Shown in pieces: positions 21,571 through 33,543 of a stretch of DNA of 64,000 nt. This DNA is from Trypanosoma brucei. Taxonomy: Eukaryota. The notes under the pieces were generated by a model that was not told where the DNA came from, did no database searches, and worked only from the letters and a program-made list of their open reading frames with translations. Position numbers and translations under genes: made by a program. How positions within the stretch are numbered: the stretch's first letter is position 1; each line of letters opens with the position of its first letter. The stretch is from positions 1,216,001-1,280,000 of the forward strand of contig CM000208.1 of NCBI GenBank assembly GCA_000002445.1, written 5' to 3'.

Positions 21571-21610
21571 TTTTTATTTTTTGTCTCTGCTTTCCTCTTA
21601 AGTTCTTCAG
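21571..21610 (+). promoter_or_regulatory. Polypyrimidine tract + AG (candidate SL trans-splice acceptor) upstream of CRK3
   Basis: The tract tttttattttttgtctctgctttcctcttaagttcttcag ends in AG 26 nt before the ATG, which is the classic kinetoplastid processing signal. Confidence 0.5.
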
Positions 21611-21635
21611 GAAACGTTAGGTTGAAGGAGGAGAT

Positions 21636-22571
21636 ATGACAATGCTTGGGGCGTTAACCGGTCGACAACTTTCCTCTGGTCTTAAGGATCAGTTCGACCG
21701 CTATAATCGAATGGACATACTTGGAGAAGGAACGTATGGAGTTGTGTACCGTGCTGTTGACAGGGCAACGGGACAGATCGTCGCACTGAAGAAAGTGAGA
21801 TTAGATCGCACCGATGAGGGAATACCTCAAACAGCTCTTCGGGAGGTATCTATTTTGCAAGAAATCCATCACCCCAACATTGTTAATCTTCTAGATGTTA
21901 TATGTGCCGATGGGAAGCTTTACTTGATATTTGAGTATGTTGATCATGATCTCAAAAAGGCTCTCGAGAAGAGGGGTGGAGCATTCACGGGAACTACACT
22001 AAAAAAGATAATTTACCAGCTACTCGAGGGACTTTCGTTTTGTCATCGGCACCGCATTGTCCATCGAGACCTAAAACCAGCAAACATACTTGTCACCACG
22101 GATAATTCCGTTAAAATAGCAGACTTTGGATTGGCTCGCGCTTTCCAGATTCCGATGCACACTTACACTCACGAGGTTGTCACACTCTGGTATAGAGCGC
22201 CAGAGATTCTCCTCGGTGAAAAGCACTACACCCCGGCAGTGGATATGTGGAGCATTGGTTGTATTTTTGCTGAACTAGCTCGAGGTAAGGTACTCTTTCG
22301 TGGTGACAGTGAGATTGGACAGTTATTTGAGATTTTTCAGGTGCTTGGCACCCCAATGGATGCTGAGGGGTCGTGGTTGGGGGTGTCGTCTCTTCCAGAC
22401 TATCGTGACGTCTTTCCAAAGTGGAGTGGAAAACCCCTCACTCAGGTGTTACCAGCGCTTGACGGTGATGCCGTTGATCTGCTTTCTCAGATGCTGAGGT
22501 ATAACCCTGCTGAACGTATTTCAGCCAAGGCGGCGCTGCAACATCCATGGTTTAGTGATGCCATGTTTTAG
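21636..22571 (+). CDS. CRK3: cdc2-related kinase CRK3 (CDK1-like cyclin-dependent kinase), 311 aa
   Basis: ATG start. It reads [11 protein letters not shown], the cyclin-binding helix [31 protein letters not shown], and T-loop [13 protein letters not shown]. It is near-colinear with Leishmania CRK3 as I remember it ([20 protein letters not shown]...[48 protein letters not shown], 311 aa). Confidence 0.9.
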   Translation: MTMLGALTGRQLSSGLKDQFDRYNRMDILGEGTYGVVYRAVDRATGQIVALKKVRLDRTDEGIPQTALREVSILQEIHHPNIVNLLDVICADGKLYLIFEYVDHDLKKALEKRGGAFTGTTLKKIIYQLLEGLSFCHRHRIVHRDLKPANILVTTDNSVKIADFGLARAFQIPMHTYTHEVVTLWYRAPEILLGEKHYTPAVDMWSIGCIFAELARGKVLFRGDSEIGQLFEIFQVLGTPMDAEGSWLGVSSLPDYRDVFPKWSGKPLTQVLPALDGDAVDLLSQMLRYNPAERISAKAALQHPWFSDAMF

Positions 22572-23022
22572 ATCATTATACATAATTAGACATCATTTGT
22601 TTTCGCTCGTTGTTCCAATCAGATTTTAGATGGCATGCTTTTTCTGTGCAGTTGAGAGCCCAGTAGAGCGTTTTACATGCCCATCCTCGCCTAAGCAGGT
22701 ATGTCTTATAAGAGGATGTGTCGGTCTTTGAGGGTCTTTTCCTTTCCTTAAAAGCTGTTCTGGACGTATTTGTTACAGTAGATCAACCTGTGCGTTCTAT
22801 CTTCGATACTTTTTTCTGGAGGAAACAAGTACAATAACGAGGAGGGAAGAAAATAAAACTTGTTCTGTGCCCAATTCTCTTTCTCCCTTTATAAAAATCA
22901 TCACTATCCTTTTATTTATCTCGATATTGTATTGCTATAATAATTGTTGTTGTTTTCATTTTCTGTCAGTTTTATTTAGCAGACTTGGTGCTTGGTGTCG
23001 GTGTGTTCTACAAGCGAGAGGA

Positions 23023-23760
23023 ATGACAGCACTATCGAATGAAGAAATGTATGTAGCAAAAGCTGCCGTTGAAGAGAACAAAAGGCTGTATAAGCTCCTA
23101 AACGGGTTATCAAAAAGAGATGAAATTGTCGAAGAAAGTGCCGTTGCAAACAGCAATTACGGTATTTTTTCACTACAGCGGCGGAACGAAGTCCTAAAAA
23201 ATGACATCAATGAGCTGGAGAATCAACTTGATGACTGCGATGTCGGATACACGGACACCGTGTTGGAATACAACCGATTAAAGGAGCGGCGAGGGCACTT
23301 ACGCAATGAAACCCAAAGCTTGCGCAATATTTTGAGTCACCAGTTTCCAAAGGTACGAGAGGCTGAAAGACTTGAAATGGAGCGTAAAAAAATTAAGGAA
23401 ACGAGTGAAGAGAAAAATGTGGAGGCAAAAGATGAAGCAAAGCGTTTGAAGGAGATGAAAGAAAAGGAAATGAGCCAAGTTAGTGTGCTGTTGAGAAAGG
23501 AGACCCACCTGCAGGAAAAGCTAGACAAAATGATACTGCCACTAGATACCACCGACCGCCAGGCGATCAGGTCAGCGATCAGTGCTGCTGACAGGACAAT
23601 CCAGAGACTGAAAGTAGAGATTAACAAGTATCAATCCTTTCGCCAGCCACATCAAAGTACAAGGGCTGACGATGCGGACTGTGGTCTAGCAAAGCTAAGG
23701 GAGGAGTACTATGCACTTCGTGAGAAGTTAGATATGTTGCATCAAGATGCGAGTATGTGA
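23023..23760 (+). CDS. Hypothetical coiled-coil protein (about 246 aa)
   Basis: The track ORF starts at GTG (22867) and runs through a pyrimidine-rich tract; the first ATG is at 23023 (MTALSNEEMYVAKAAVEENKRLYK...). It has heptad-like, E/K/R-rich predicted coiled coils throughout. No family was recognised. Confidence 0.5.
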   Translation: MTALSNEEMYVAKAAVEENKRLYKLLNGLSKRDEIVEESAVANSNYGIFSLQRRNEVLKNDINELENQLDDCDVGYTDTVLEYNRLKERRGHLRNETQSLRNILSHQFPKVREAERLEMERKKIKETSEEKNVEAKDEAKRLKEMKEKEMSQVSVLLRKETHLQEKLDKMILPLDTTDRQAIRSAISAADRTIQRLKVEINKYQSFRQPHQSTRADDADCGLAKLREEYYALREKLDMLHQDASM

Positions 23761-24023
23761 TTAGCGATTAGCGGTGCATTGATGTTCACTTGTTGCCGCG
23801 TTTCGATTTTTTTTTTGTGTGGGTATGCAGGCATACATATAATTATTGCTTACGCTGTCAATGTACATCCATCTACGTGGAGGTTCATCATCAGGGAGGG
23901 ATTGCCCAGTAAAAATATATTTATGTATCTGTTTTGGCTGATTTTACTCGCTTTTTCTTTAGCTTCCAGGTTGATTTTGTCTATATACCTATTTTACTGT
24001 GCCTTTTCAATCCGTAGTCTGAG

Positions 24024-26264
24024 ATGAGGAGGTTTTGTGATGTCGTCTTTTATCCGAACCGATTTTACCGATTGGCGTCGTCGGCTTTCTTAAAAAACAT
24101 TGATAAGCTTCGAAATATCGGTATCAGCGCACACATTGACAGTGGAAAGACAACTGTCACTGAACGAATCCTTTTTTATACCGGTAGAATCGACAAAATC
24201 CACGAAGTTAAAGGGGGATCAGAGGTTGGTGCAACAATGGATTCGATGGAACTTGAAAAAGAAAGGGGGATAACAATCCGTTCCGCCGCAACACAGTGCA
24301 AATGGGGTGATCATTTGATTAATATAATAGACACCCCTGGACATGTCGATTTTACTATTGAAGTGGAACGTGCCCTTCGTGTCCTCGACGGTGCAGTGAT
24401 GCTGATGTGCGGAGTCGGTGGTGTGCAGAGTCAGACCCTTACGGTGGACAGACAGATGAAGAGGTATGGTGTGCCCCGTGTTTGTTTTATCAATAAACTA
24501 GATCGTGACAATGCTAACCCTAGGCGTGCATTGGAAATGGCGAGGGAACGCTTGGGGGTGAATGCCGCATTTATTCATCTCAATATGGGAGTTGCACAAG
24601 ACTTTGAAGGTGTTGTCGACGTCATAGAGTCCCGTGCTGTATACTTTGACGGTAAAAATGGGGAAAAGATCCGATTTGAGGATATACCAAGCTACATTGC
24701 CGATGACGTGGTGGCAACACGAAAGGAGCTTATATCAAGATTGGCTGACTGTGATGCCGAAATGGAAGATGTTTTCTTAAACGATGTGGAGCCTACAGCA
24801 GAGCAGATTCACTCAGCGATTCGGCGCACCACGATTGCAAACAAGTTTGTGCCTGTGTTAGTGGGTTCAGCCTACAAGAACAAAGGCATACAACTTCTTC
24901 TTGATGCCGTCTGTCGTTACCTACCTTCCCCAATGGAGAAGCCAAATTCGGGTTACTCGGTGACCAAGGTAAAGGACGATGAAGGTAACGTTGCCAACGT
25001 TAAGGGCGAGATCGTTCCTTTAGCGACTGATGACGAAAAACCTCTCGTGGCAGCTATATTTAAGCTTGAGGAAACGAAGAAAACCGGCCTTCTTAATTAC
25101 ATTCGTGTTTACCAGGGTAAAATGAGAAGGGAACATTTAATGAATGTTCGTAGCGGAAAAACGTTTCTTCCTCAGAAGCTGGTCCGTATGCACGCGAATT
25201 CCACCGATCAGATCGATGAAGTGAGGGCGGGTGACATATGCGCTATCCAGGGTGAAATCGATGCGTCATCTGGAGATACTATCGTGAAGGCAGGTGTGAC
25301 GGCCGGTCAACTAATTACTTGTGAGGACATGTATGTACCACCACGTGTCATTTCCGCGTCAGTCAAAATCAACAATGACCGCGACAGTAGCAAGTTGAGA
25401 GAGCGAATGGGCGCATTCATGCGGGAGGACCCGACTTTCTGTTTTTATCGTAACACGGAAACAAATGAGGATATCGTCGAAGGCATGGGGGAACTTCATC
25501 TCGATATATACATTGAGCGCTTGAAGCGCGAGTATGATCTTGAAGTGGTGTTGGGCAAACCGACGGTCAACTATCGTGAAGTGATCACTGAGAGAAAGGA
25601 ATTTGATTTCGTTTACAAAAGGCAAAGTGGTGGTGCAGGACAGTGGGCCCAACTGAAGGGATTCATCGATGTGCTACCCATTGATATGTCGGTGGAGAAA
25701 GGAGTGAAAAACAAGGTTACCGTAAAGTGTTCCAACGGGGATGTACGTGAGGCCTTACAAAAGTCTGTCGTCAAACAGCTGGAGAGGAAAATTTTTGTGA
25801 AGGGGGAGTTGATGGGCGCTCCTGTATGGGGCGTTCACTTTCACCTTAGCGGGGGTGCGATGCATGAGGTGGACTCGACAGACTTAGCATTCAGGAACGC
25901 AACTCAAGAGCTGTGGGAGACGCTCCTTCCTCAGTTAAAACCTACACTTGTTGAACCCTACATGGTTGTGGAGATTACAGTTCCATCGACTTGCATGACT
26001 GATGTGAGCACTGAGTTTGCAAAGCGTGAAGGCGTTGTTACAGAGACGACTATTAGCGGAACAGATGCTATAATTCGTGGAGAGACAGCTCTGGATACAA
26101 TGTTTGGGTTCATTTCTGATCTCCGCAGACTTACAAAGGGTCAAGGGGATTTTGGCATGCAGTTTAAGGAGTACCGACCGATGCAGCAGTACAAAGCGCA
26201 ATGTCGCATGGACGAGCGGAACAAAGACCTTGGTCGTAAGCTGTACAGGTTGAGTGGACAGTAA
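24024..26264 (+). CDS. Elongation factor G, mitochondrial (mtEF-G1), 746 aa
   Basis: ATG start with an R-rich presequence-like N-terminus (MRRFCDVVFYPNRFYRLASS). GTPase motifs are AHIDSGKTT, DTPGHVDF and NKLD. EF-G domains II-V are recognisable (e.g. GELHLDIYIERLKREY). Confidence 0.9.
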   Translation: MRRFCDVVFYPNRFYRLASSAFLKNIDKLRNIGISAHIDSGKTTVTERILFYTGRIDKIHEVKGGSEVGATMDSMELEKERGITIRSAATQCKWGDHLINIIDTPGHVDFTIEVERALRVLDGAVMLMCGVGGVQSQTLTVDRQMKRYGVPRVCFINKLDRDNANPRRALEMARERLGVNAAFIHLNMGVAQDFEGVVDVIESRAVYFDGKNGEKIRFEDIPSYIADDVVATRKELISRLADCDAEMEDVFLNDVEPTAEQIHSAIRRTTIANKFVPVLVGSAYKNKGIQLLLDAVCRYLPSPMEKPNSGYSVTKVKDDEGNVANVKGEIVPLATDDEKPLVAAIFKLEETKKTGLLNYIRVYQGKMRREHLMNVRSGKTFLPQKLVRMHANSTDQIDEVRAGDICAIQGEIDASSGDTIVKAGVTAGQLITCEDMYVPPRVISASVKINNDRDSSKLRERMGAFMREDPTFCFYRNTETNEDIVEGMGELHLDIYIERLKREYDLEVVLGKPTVNYREVITERKEFDFVYKRQSGGAGQWAQLKGFIDVLPIDMSVEKGVKNKVTVKCSNGDVREALQKSVVKQLERKIFVKGELMGAPVWGVHFHLSGGAMHEVDSTDLAFRNATQELWETLLPQLKPTLVEPYMVVEITVPSTCMTDVSTEFAKREGVVTETTISGTDAIIRGETALDTMFGFISDLRRLTKGQGDFGMQFKEYRPMQQYKAQCRMDERNKDLGRKLYRLSGQ

Positions 26265-28501
26265 GTGCCTGATCTGTGGCGTTAATCACGACGAAAATAA
26301 TAACAAATTATTCGTTTGTTAATCATTAGCTAGGGCAACGTCTTTTTTTTTTTTCAAAGCACGAAGTCGCGTGTTTACAGAGTTTTTTTTAGGTGGTAAA
26401 GGAACTGGACCTAATCTAATATACTGTCGTGGGGAGGCTGTTTTCTCCTCTGACAAAGTTCGGCGCTAAAGACGGTCTCTCTTACCCTCCTTCACACATC
26501 ATGGAAGGAAGTCTACATCGGCTCTGTAATGATTTTGGGTTTGAGCAAGTAAGCCTAGTTTTTCATTTTTTTATCTTCGTAAAGCTACAGCTTCTCTGTA
26601 ACCATTTGCTTCCTTCTATTGTGTCGCGTCGTGTACGTTCTGTTTTGCCCTTACTCTTATGACCGGTATCGTGTGAGATGTCTGTATTCGTGTCGAGGTT
26701 TCTGTGCATGTGTGTTAGATAGCGGTGCCATCTTTCTTTAGTAGTTATCACCGTAGATAATGTGTCTGGTATCGTTGAAAGTCCTCAGTAAATCTCCACA
26801 TCTAGTGGAGAGGAACTACTGATATTGTTCGCACCGCAATTTCTTTTGGGAGGGGTGTCCTCCATCGCAGGTTTTGGAGGAGATGGTTCCCCGCTTGCTA
26901 CACCCCTTGCGGATGTGGGCGAACTGACAATGCCAGATACACCCACCTCAGTGGGGCGACGCCCGGTTGTCGTTATGGTTTCCCCCTCTCACACTCGGTT
27001 GCTGCTGGGGTTTGAAGGCAATCTTGCAACAGGGTGTGCGCTTATTTACGTTTCTTGCGAGGGGAAGTTTGAGTCTGACAGGAAGCTCACCCGGTGGTTC
27101 TCACAGGGACGAGGTGCAAGTTCATTTGTGGAGGGAAAATAGCCTTGGTTTCGCGTAGATGGGCTATGCATTGGCTGGGAGTACACTCTCGATACCGTTT
27201 GTACTTTACCGACGCTACTTGGGCGGCTCTCCCATCCCTTGTGTAGTGTCATTTATTCGCGGCACTGCGGAATGGATATTAGTTTGGCATGCTTTCACAT
27301 ATCAGGGGTGACAACGGGAGTATCGCTTCGGTTTAACGTGGTGACCTCTCCGCTGACCCTATGATGGTACTCGATGCGGTTTGGCGAAAGGCGCGGCACA
27401 CCAACAGGTGCGGCAGTCTGTGAAAAAACGCTATTTTTTTTGATCACCGTAGTAAGCTTGTGATACATTAAGATGGAGTTTCAGGGGAGGTTTTTGCTGG
27501 GGTAAAGGTTTTTCTTATGGTGAAACATTTTCTCTCGGGTTGGCTTCAAATTCGTAGTTCTCCAACTACTGTTCGGTGGTTTACAAAATTGTTTTACAGG
27601 AATGCGGGTACATTGTTCACTTGTCGTAAAAAAAAAAAAAAACTGTCGTGCTTGCTGGTTGCATCGGGGATTTGTGCCTTGATTCTCTTCAGAGCGGTTG
27701 AGTGCGAGCATGAGCACGGAGACCTATGCCACCAAAACGTATGCATACAGGCGACATGTTGATAGTCCTCTGAGAAATCAAAGTTAGCAACACTTACCAC
27801 GGAGTAGGTGTAAAAAGAATAATAGCAGATGGACGCGGTTGCCATTTGCATTTTCGTTCAACGTCTGCAAATAGCAGTTAACAATAAGCTTCTTTTTTTT
27901 TTTCACTTTCCAGGTTCAAAATAGCCCCTTGAATTGCATGCTCCTGCAGCTTGAAGTTCCCGTGTATTTTCTGAGGGCGAGACATTTATAACGTAAAAGT
28001 GGTATTATTTTCAGATACATCGCCTCTTTCCCTCTATCTCTCTCTCTCTCTGGCGGACGTTTATTTTTGTTTTATACACACCTCCAGTGGTAATTTGTTT
28101 TTCTTGTATTCTCTGCGTGCTGAGGTTCCACTTTGTTCCATTCCATGTTATAGAGTAGTGTGAACTCAAATGTGTGAGGGAAATAAGAGCTGTCTGATTA
28201 TCTTCTGTGTGTGTGTTTGTGTGTTTGTGTTTGTTCGGGAAGTTCACGTGCAGAAGTTTATGTGTTACATTATTTTAATATTACCTCCTTGGGTATCGGC
28301 ACCTCAACCTCGGCATGTGCCTCGTGTGTTGTGTTGCATCTGTTATACTTTGCTGTTGTTGCCCCGTCGGATATACGTAATCTCTTCTTCTTTCGGTGTG
28401 ATGGATTTGAACTTGGTTAAGTAAGAAACGACAATTGGGAGAAATAGTTGTGACTGACGGAAACCCTGGCAGGACAGGGAACAAGGGACATTCTTCAGTA
28501 A

Positions 28502-29113
<612 letters not shown>

Positions 29114-29969
29114 GTTTCGACACAGGTGATGTGATTGTAGTTCGTTATGTAGGGTGCGATCCCTGAAGACGCATATTTGCATGTTTGATTGCTGGGGCAG
29201 CAGCTTGTTGCACGGATCAAATGTCACCCGGGATGCGAATTAGATAATGGGATCGACCTCTACCACATAGTAGCTGTTGCAGCTGTTACAGCCAGAAACA
29301 ACTACTTGGTCCTGTTTTCACTCATTCCTCCTTTCAAGCTGGTTTCTAGTGCGACTGTAAACGAAATGGGAATTGCCATTTGGGTGTACCGCAAGTGGGC
29401 ACGGTCGTCACCGTCTCTGCGCACGAATTTGTTGTGGCTGCCGTGTCCCTAGGCAATTTTTTCCTATTTTGTGGAGGCTGCTGCCGGTAACAGAGGGACC
29501 GGAGGAAGGACGCTATCTTGCAGTTTATGCTTGTCATTCCCTTTTTCTTTAATCTATGCGTTTGAAATCCTGTACGGCAGGTGCTGTTTGGTGGTCAATG
29601 TGTGACTATGGTGGGTGTTATATCTGGTGTCTATGCAGGTGAGTAATATCGCGGGGAAGAGGAGGATGGATATCAGAGTGATAGGGGTGAATAAGCTATA
29701 CCAGGGGATCGAGTGGGCAGAGGAGCCCACGTGGGTTTTGTAATTGTTAGTGTTAGTATTGCAGCCGACTTCGTTAATTGTACAGGTGGTGCCACATCTG
29801 AATGTTTGGTAAGGGTACTTGTCCGTGATTTGTTGACAACAGTTGTTCACGTCCCTCTTTCTTTATTTGATATAACTGTGGAATTGGGGACTTTCGTGCA
29901 CCTCGTGTATGCATGATGCTATATTTTTGTTGCTTACTATGTACTTGCTTATTATTGGACAAAGGAAGC

Positions 29970-30425
29970 ATGCTGGTTTTCGTCAAGTTGGCTGGCGGTA
30001 AGACAACCGCTGTACAAACGGCCGCCGACGACACCGTGGCGAGCGTCAGGGCGAAGGCAGGTCTAGGTGAGAATGATCTCCTCTTCTACGGCGGTGAGTG
30101 CCTGTGCGACGGTGCATTGCTGTGCGACTACGCGCTGAAGCGGGAGAGCACCATCCAGGCGATGCTCCCGGTTGAGGGTGGTAAGGGCAAGAAAAAGAAG
30201 AAGAAGGTTTTCACGAAGCCGAAGAAACCCATTCACCGTCACAAACTCGAGAAGATGCGTGCGTTGAAGTACTTCAAAGTCACGGAGAACGACGACGGCT
30301 CATTCAAGGTGGAACGCACGCGTGACGAGTGTCCGAACCCGAACTGTGGCGCTGGCGTCTTCATGGCGCAGCACAAGGGACGAAAGTACTGTGGTAAGTG
30401 TCACCTGACGTACACCATGAAGTAA
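29970..30425 (+). CDS. Ubiquitin-like domain fused to ribosomal protein eS31 (S27a), about 151 aa
   Basis: The C-terminal part matches the S27a zinc ribbon: [31 protein letters not shown]...[28 protein letters not shown]. The N-terminal roughly 71 aa is a divergent ubiquitin fold ([16 protein letters not shown]...PVEGG). The track ORF starts 19 codons upstream ([19 protein letters not shown]) within a pyrimidine-rich tract; the start at 29970 is preferred. Confidence 0.85.
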   Translation: MLVFVKLAGGKTTAVQTAADDTVASVRAKAGLGENDLLFYGGECLCDGALLCDYALKRESTIQAMLPVEGGKGKKKKKKVFTKPKKPIHRHKLEKMRALKYFKVTENDDGSFKVERTRDECPNPNCGAGVFMAQHKGRKYCGKCHLTYTMK

Positions 30426-30722
30426 TTCCGAAAAGCAGCTTCAGTGCTCCCTCCTGTTACTTTATATTCATTTTGGTTTCTCTCTCTATATAGCACTCTT
30501 AATGCTGGATATTTGTTGTATTGCCCTTCAGACCTTTCCACAAGGTGGAGGGGGGACAGGTGTTATTTTGGAAACGTCGCTCCTTTTCTACCACTTGTCA
30601 ATGCTGATCTCTTTCCCGTTTCAAAAAAATTTCGAATCGTTAACAAACAAACAAACAAAACGTAGCTTGCCCCTTTTGAATTATACGTGTTGTTGTTGCC
30701 TTCGCGTCGGTTGTCCACAGCA

Positions 30723-31595
30723 ATGGGTTTGGAGGATATTGATGTAGATGACCCACCTCTCACGACGTCTGCGACACCACAGACCCAGAAGCAATGCTCA
30801 TCAACTTTGCCTAACCCGCCTGTTACCAATGTTGTCAAGGGTGCCTCAGCGCCCGTCGATCTCGTCGATTTGTTTGGTGATTTAAATGTTTCAACTGCTA
30901 CCCCTGTGGTGGTAACGGCGGCGACTGTGGGGGCCGCAACCAACAGCAAGAACCAGGCACATTATGCTGGAAATACCGCCGACGATGATTTTGAGTGGGT
31001 TACTGCGAAACCAAGTGTAGCGCCACCATTGGCACCGAAGAGTTATCAGGGAAATGCTGGAACCTCTAACGACCCCCTTGATAGCTTTTTCTCTCAGGCC
31101 GTTCCCACCCCCGCCGCTACAGAGACTGCAAAACCTCCCGACTCTTCTAATGATCTGTTCGACTTCTCGGAGCCGGTTGAACGCGTTAAGTACACAAATG
31201 AGAACACCTTACTAGAGGCTTTCGCAAATCAAGGCAAAGCAAATCAGGGTGGTGGGAGTAAGGGACCGACACTCGCTGACCTTAGCAAAGGGTCTTCCGA
31301 CAATGTGGTGAAGGCTCGCTTGTTAAAGTTGATGAATTACTACGATGTTCTTGGAGTTACGCCTGATGCCACAGAGGCCGTTATACGTCAGAGGTTTAAG
31401 AAGAAAGCACTTGAACTCCATCCTGATCGCGTCGGGCGGGACCAGACACCAGAAGAAGTGGAGTTGTTCAAAGTGATGACGAAGGCACACGAGGTTCTTA
31501 CAGATCCAGAAGAACGGGCGAAGTATGATGCTCAGCTTTTGGGTGGTGTGCCGAGCGGTAGCCCCGATTCTGATTGGTTCTTTCCACCGAGTTGA
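30723..31595 (+). CDS. J-domain protein with C-terminal DnaJ domain and N-terminal disordered region bearing DLF/DPL-type motifs (auxilin/Swa2-like architecture), about 290 aa
   Basis: The track start is GTG (30687); the first ATG is at 30723 (MGLEDIDVDD). The C-terminal J domain is NYYDVLGVTPDATEAVIRQRFKKKALELHPDRV...KYDAQL. The upstream region has DLVDLFGDL, DPLDSFF and NDLFDFS motifs, which resemble clathrin-box/DLL-type motifs of auxilins (inference). Confidence 0.7.
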   Translation: MGLEDIDVDDPPLTTSATPQTQKQCSSTLPNPPVTNVVKGASAPVDLVDLFGDLNVSTATPVVVTAATVGAATNSKNQAHYAGNTADDDFEWVTAKPSVAPPLAPKSYQGNAGTSNDPLDSFFSQAVPTPAATETAKPPDSSNDLFDFSEPVERVKYTNENTLLEAFANQGKANQGGGSKGPTLADLSKGSSDNVVKARLLKLMNYYDVLGVTPDATEAVIRQRFKKKALELHPDRVGRDQTPEEVELFKVMTKAHEVLTDPEERAKYDAQLLGGVPSGSPDSDWFFPPS

Positions 31596-32275
31596 GTGTA
31601 ATATACCCTCTTTGTTTTGTGCTTGCTTCATTTTTTTTTTTGGTATGTAGCGCGAGTGGATAAACTCATATTAGCGGTCACCGTGTATGGTACGCGACGC
31701 GGTTGAGTACATACATGTTTCTTTTGCGAATGCATGGTTTCCTGTATCTCCCACTCTTCATGTTTCTTGGTGTGCGCGTGTGTCCGTGTTCTTTACACCG
31801 CCGTGATCGACTGTCTACTTGTTGGTCCGCAGCAGACGTCCAGTGAGGACGAGGCCTCCGCCTGAGGCATTCCACGAAATCACGGTGTAGAGAAAACGTT
31901 TGAGTGCGCATTTATTAATATGTACCAAAAAAAATGTTTGGTTGCTCTGTGATAATAGAAGGAAAGAGATGATGGCGTGACTCACTTCCTCGTGGTACGC
32001 TTGTGCAGGTTATCGGGGTTTGTGGGTGTTAAACAGTTGGTGTTAGGATGAGGTGAGTTATGGGAACGGGCTTGCTCACTTGGTGTTGGTGGCCATTTGC
32101 ACCCCCCTTTTTTAAAGAAAAGGAATGCGGTGGCGGGTCGCCGTTGTTTGTTGTTTTCGTGAATCAATTGATTAAAATTCCTTTTCCCCCTTGTGGTTTC
32201 AACAACTAATTTCAGAAGTAGTGTTCCAAAGAGGAAGTTGCGTCACAGTCTTCATTAACGCCAAAACCGAAGAAA

Positions 32276-32503
32276 ATGATCCGCCGTAGTTGTGCCCTGT
32301 TAAGCTCGTCATGGAGGGATCATGGCATCAGTTATCTCAAGTATCTGAACGTTTGCACCGAGACACTCCACAGCACCGTAAAGGAGTCACGACGTGCCAA
32401 ATATGAGCGTTGGTCAAAACCATGCTATACGGCGCAGCGACCCGATGGAGCTGGTGGACAGGAAACCATCGACAAGGTTCCCATCCACACCAAGGATTAC
32501 TGA
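32276..32503 (+). CDS. Mitochondrial F1 ATP synthase subunit epsilon (ATP5E/ATP15 family), 75 aa
   Basis: A small ATG-initiated ORF reading MIRRSCALLSSSWRDHGISYLKYLNVCTETLHSTVKESRRAKYERWSK. It carries the family signature W-R-x-x-G-[LI]-S-Y-[IL]-[RK]-Y-x-x-[IV]-C (human ATP5E: [24 protein letters not shown]). It lies alone in a 1.4 kb gap between the J-domain gene and the next gene, which is easy to overlook. Confidence 0.65.
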   Translation: MIRRSCALLSSSWRDHGISYLKYLNVCTETLHSTVKESRRAKYERWSKPCYTAQRPDGAGGQETIDKVPIHTKDY

Positions 32504-32976
32504 GAACTCTTTGATCTCAGGAACGTAGCGGAGAACATCTGTTCATCATGTGTAGGGACGAAGGAACTAGCGAACTGAAAATTAAAGCTGTTAGGGGGTG
32601 TTGAACAGTGCGGAACCTGGTTGAGCCAAATTACAGGGGAGTAGTCCCCGCAAAGCGGGTCGTGGTTCGGTGCGTTGAGCTGCTGATCGGCGTGCAGAGG
32701 TGTTTGTGGCATGTGGACAGTTATGGCGTTTTCGTTTTTGCACGCTTGCAATTTATTTCAACGTCGCCTGTGTTCTATCGTGGTAGATTTCTTTGTTTTT
32801 TTTCGAGGGTGATGTGGCGGAAACGTGTATGTGGGGTTTTCTGTCGTCTTTCCCGTCATCTTTTCTATTTTATTCAAATATTTTGAACTGTTTTTTTTTT
32901 TAGAAATTAGGCGCGACGTGCTTACCGGACGCTAGTTCGGCTTGCTGAGAGTGCAAGGGTAGGCACATCTAGCCCT

Positions 32977-33543
32977 ATGCCGTGGTATTTAAGCACTTTC
33001 AGGGTTTCGTTCTGCGCCATTTACTCGTACTTTGCGTACGCCCAGATGCGATGGATCGTAGATGCTGAGGAGCGCTACCGCCGCTCTTTAACGTGGAAAC
33101 CTGCAGTTGGGACAATATATGATCACAAGATAGTTATGAAACGTGGAGGTTCGAGTCATGTGCAGTATCGATTTGATGTCGACGGCAAGGAGTACCTCGG
33201 GGACCGCTTTCGCAGCGGTGGTGTTCACAAAGAGGAGATGGTTTCAAACCCAGCGCTACTCGGTGCCGGTACGCAACTGGTCGTGTACTATAACCCTTCG
33301 GATCCTAGTGAGAGCGCTATCAAACTTCAAACAGACCGTGCTGCAGAGTCTGCATTTTTAGTGGGCATAACTATTTCACTGCTCGTGGCGTATCGGTCGG
33401 TACGTTGTGAGACAATACTGCCCAATATGTTCTACAGCTTCTTGGCTGTGAACAGACGACTTGGAGGCATCACCGGCCTGCGTGAGGCCAGAACCCACTC
33501 CAAGCAAAAAATGAAATATGGAAAAGGAACAGGGGCCATTTGA
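32977..33543 (+). CDS. Hypothetical membrane protein (188 aa)
   Basis: An ATG-initiated ORF with an N-terminal hydrophobic stretch and a second hydrophobic helix (FLVGITISLLVAY). No family was recognised. Confidence 0.4.
   Translation: MPWYLSTFRVSFCAIYSYFAYAQMRWIVDAEERYRRSLTWKPAVGTIYDHKIVMKRGGSSHVQYRFDVDGKEYLGDRFRSGGVHKEEMVSNPALLGAGTQLVVYYNPSDPSESAIKLQTDRAAESAFLVGITISLLVAYRSVRCETILPNMFYSFLAVNRRLGGITGLREARTHSKQKMKYGKGTGAI

Noticed and set aside
25359-25652. Antisense ORFs inside mitochondrial EF-G (25359-25652, 25935-26201), inside RNase H2A (34108-34608, 34400-34681), inside ERK8 (45082-45828) and inside the CCCH gene (49841-50389)
   Set aside because: They are embedded opposite well-supported conserved coding sequence and have no recognisable domains. 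Typical shadow ORFs.
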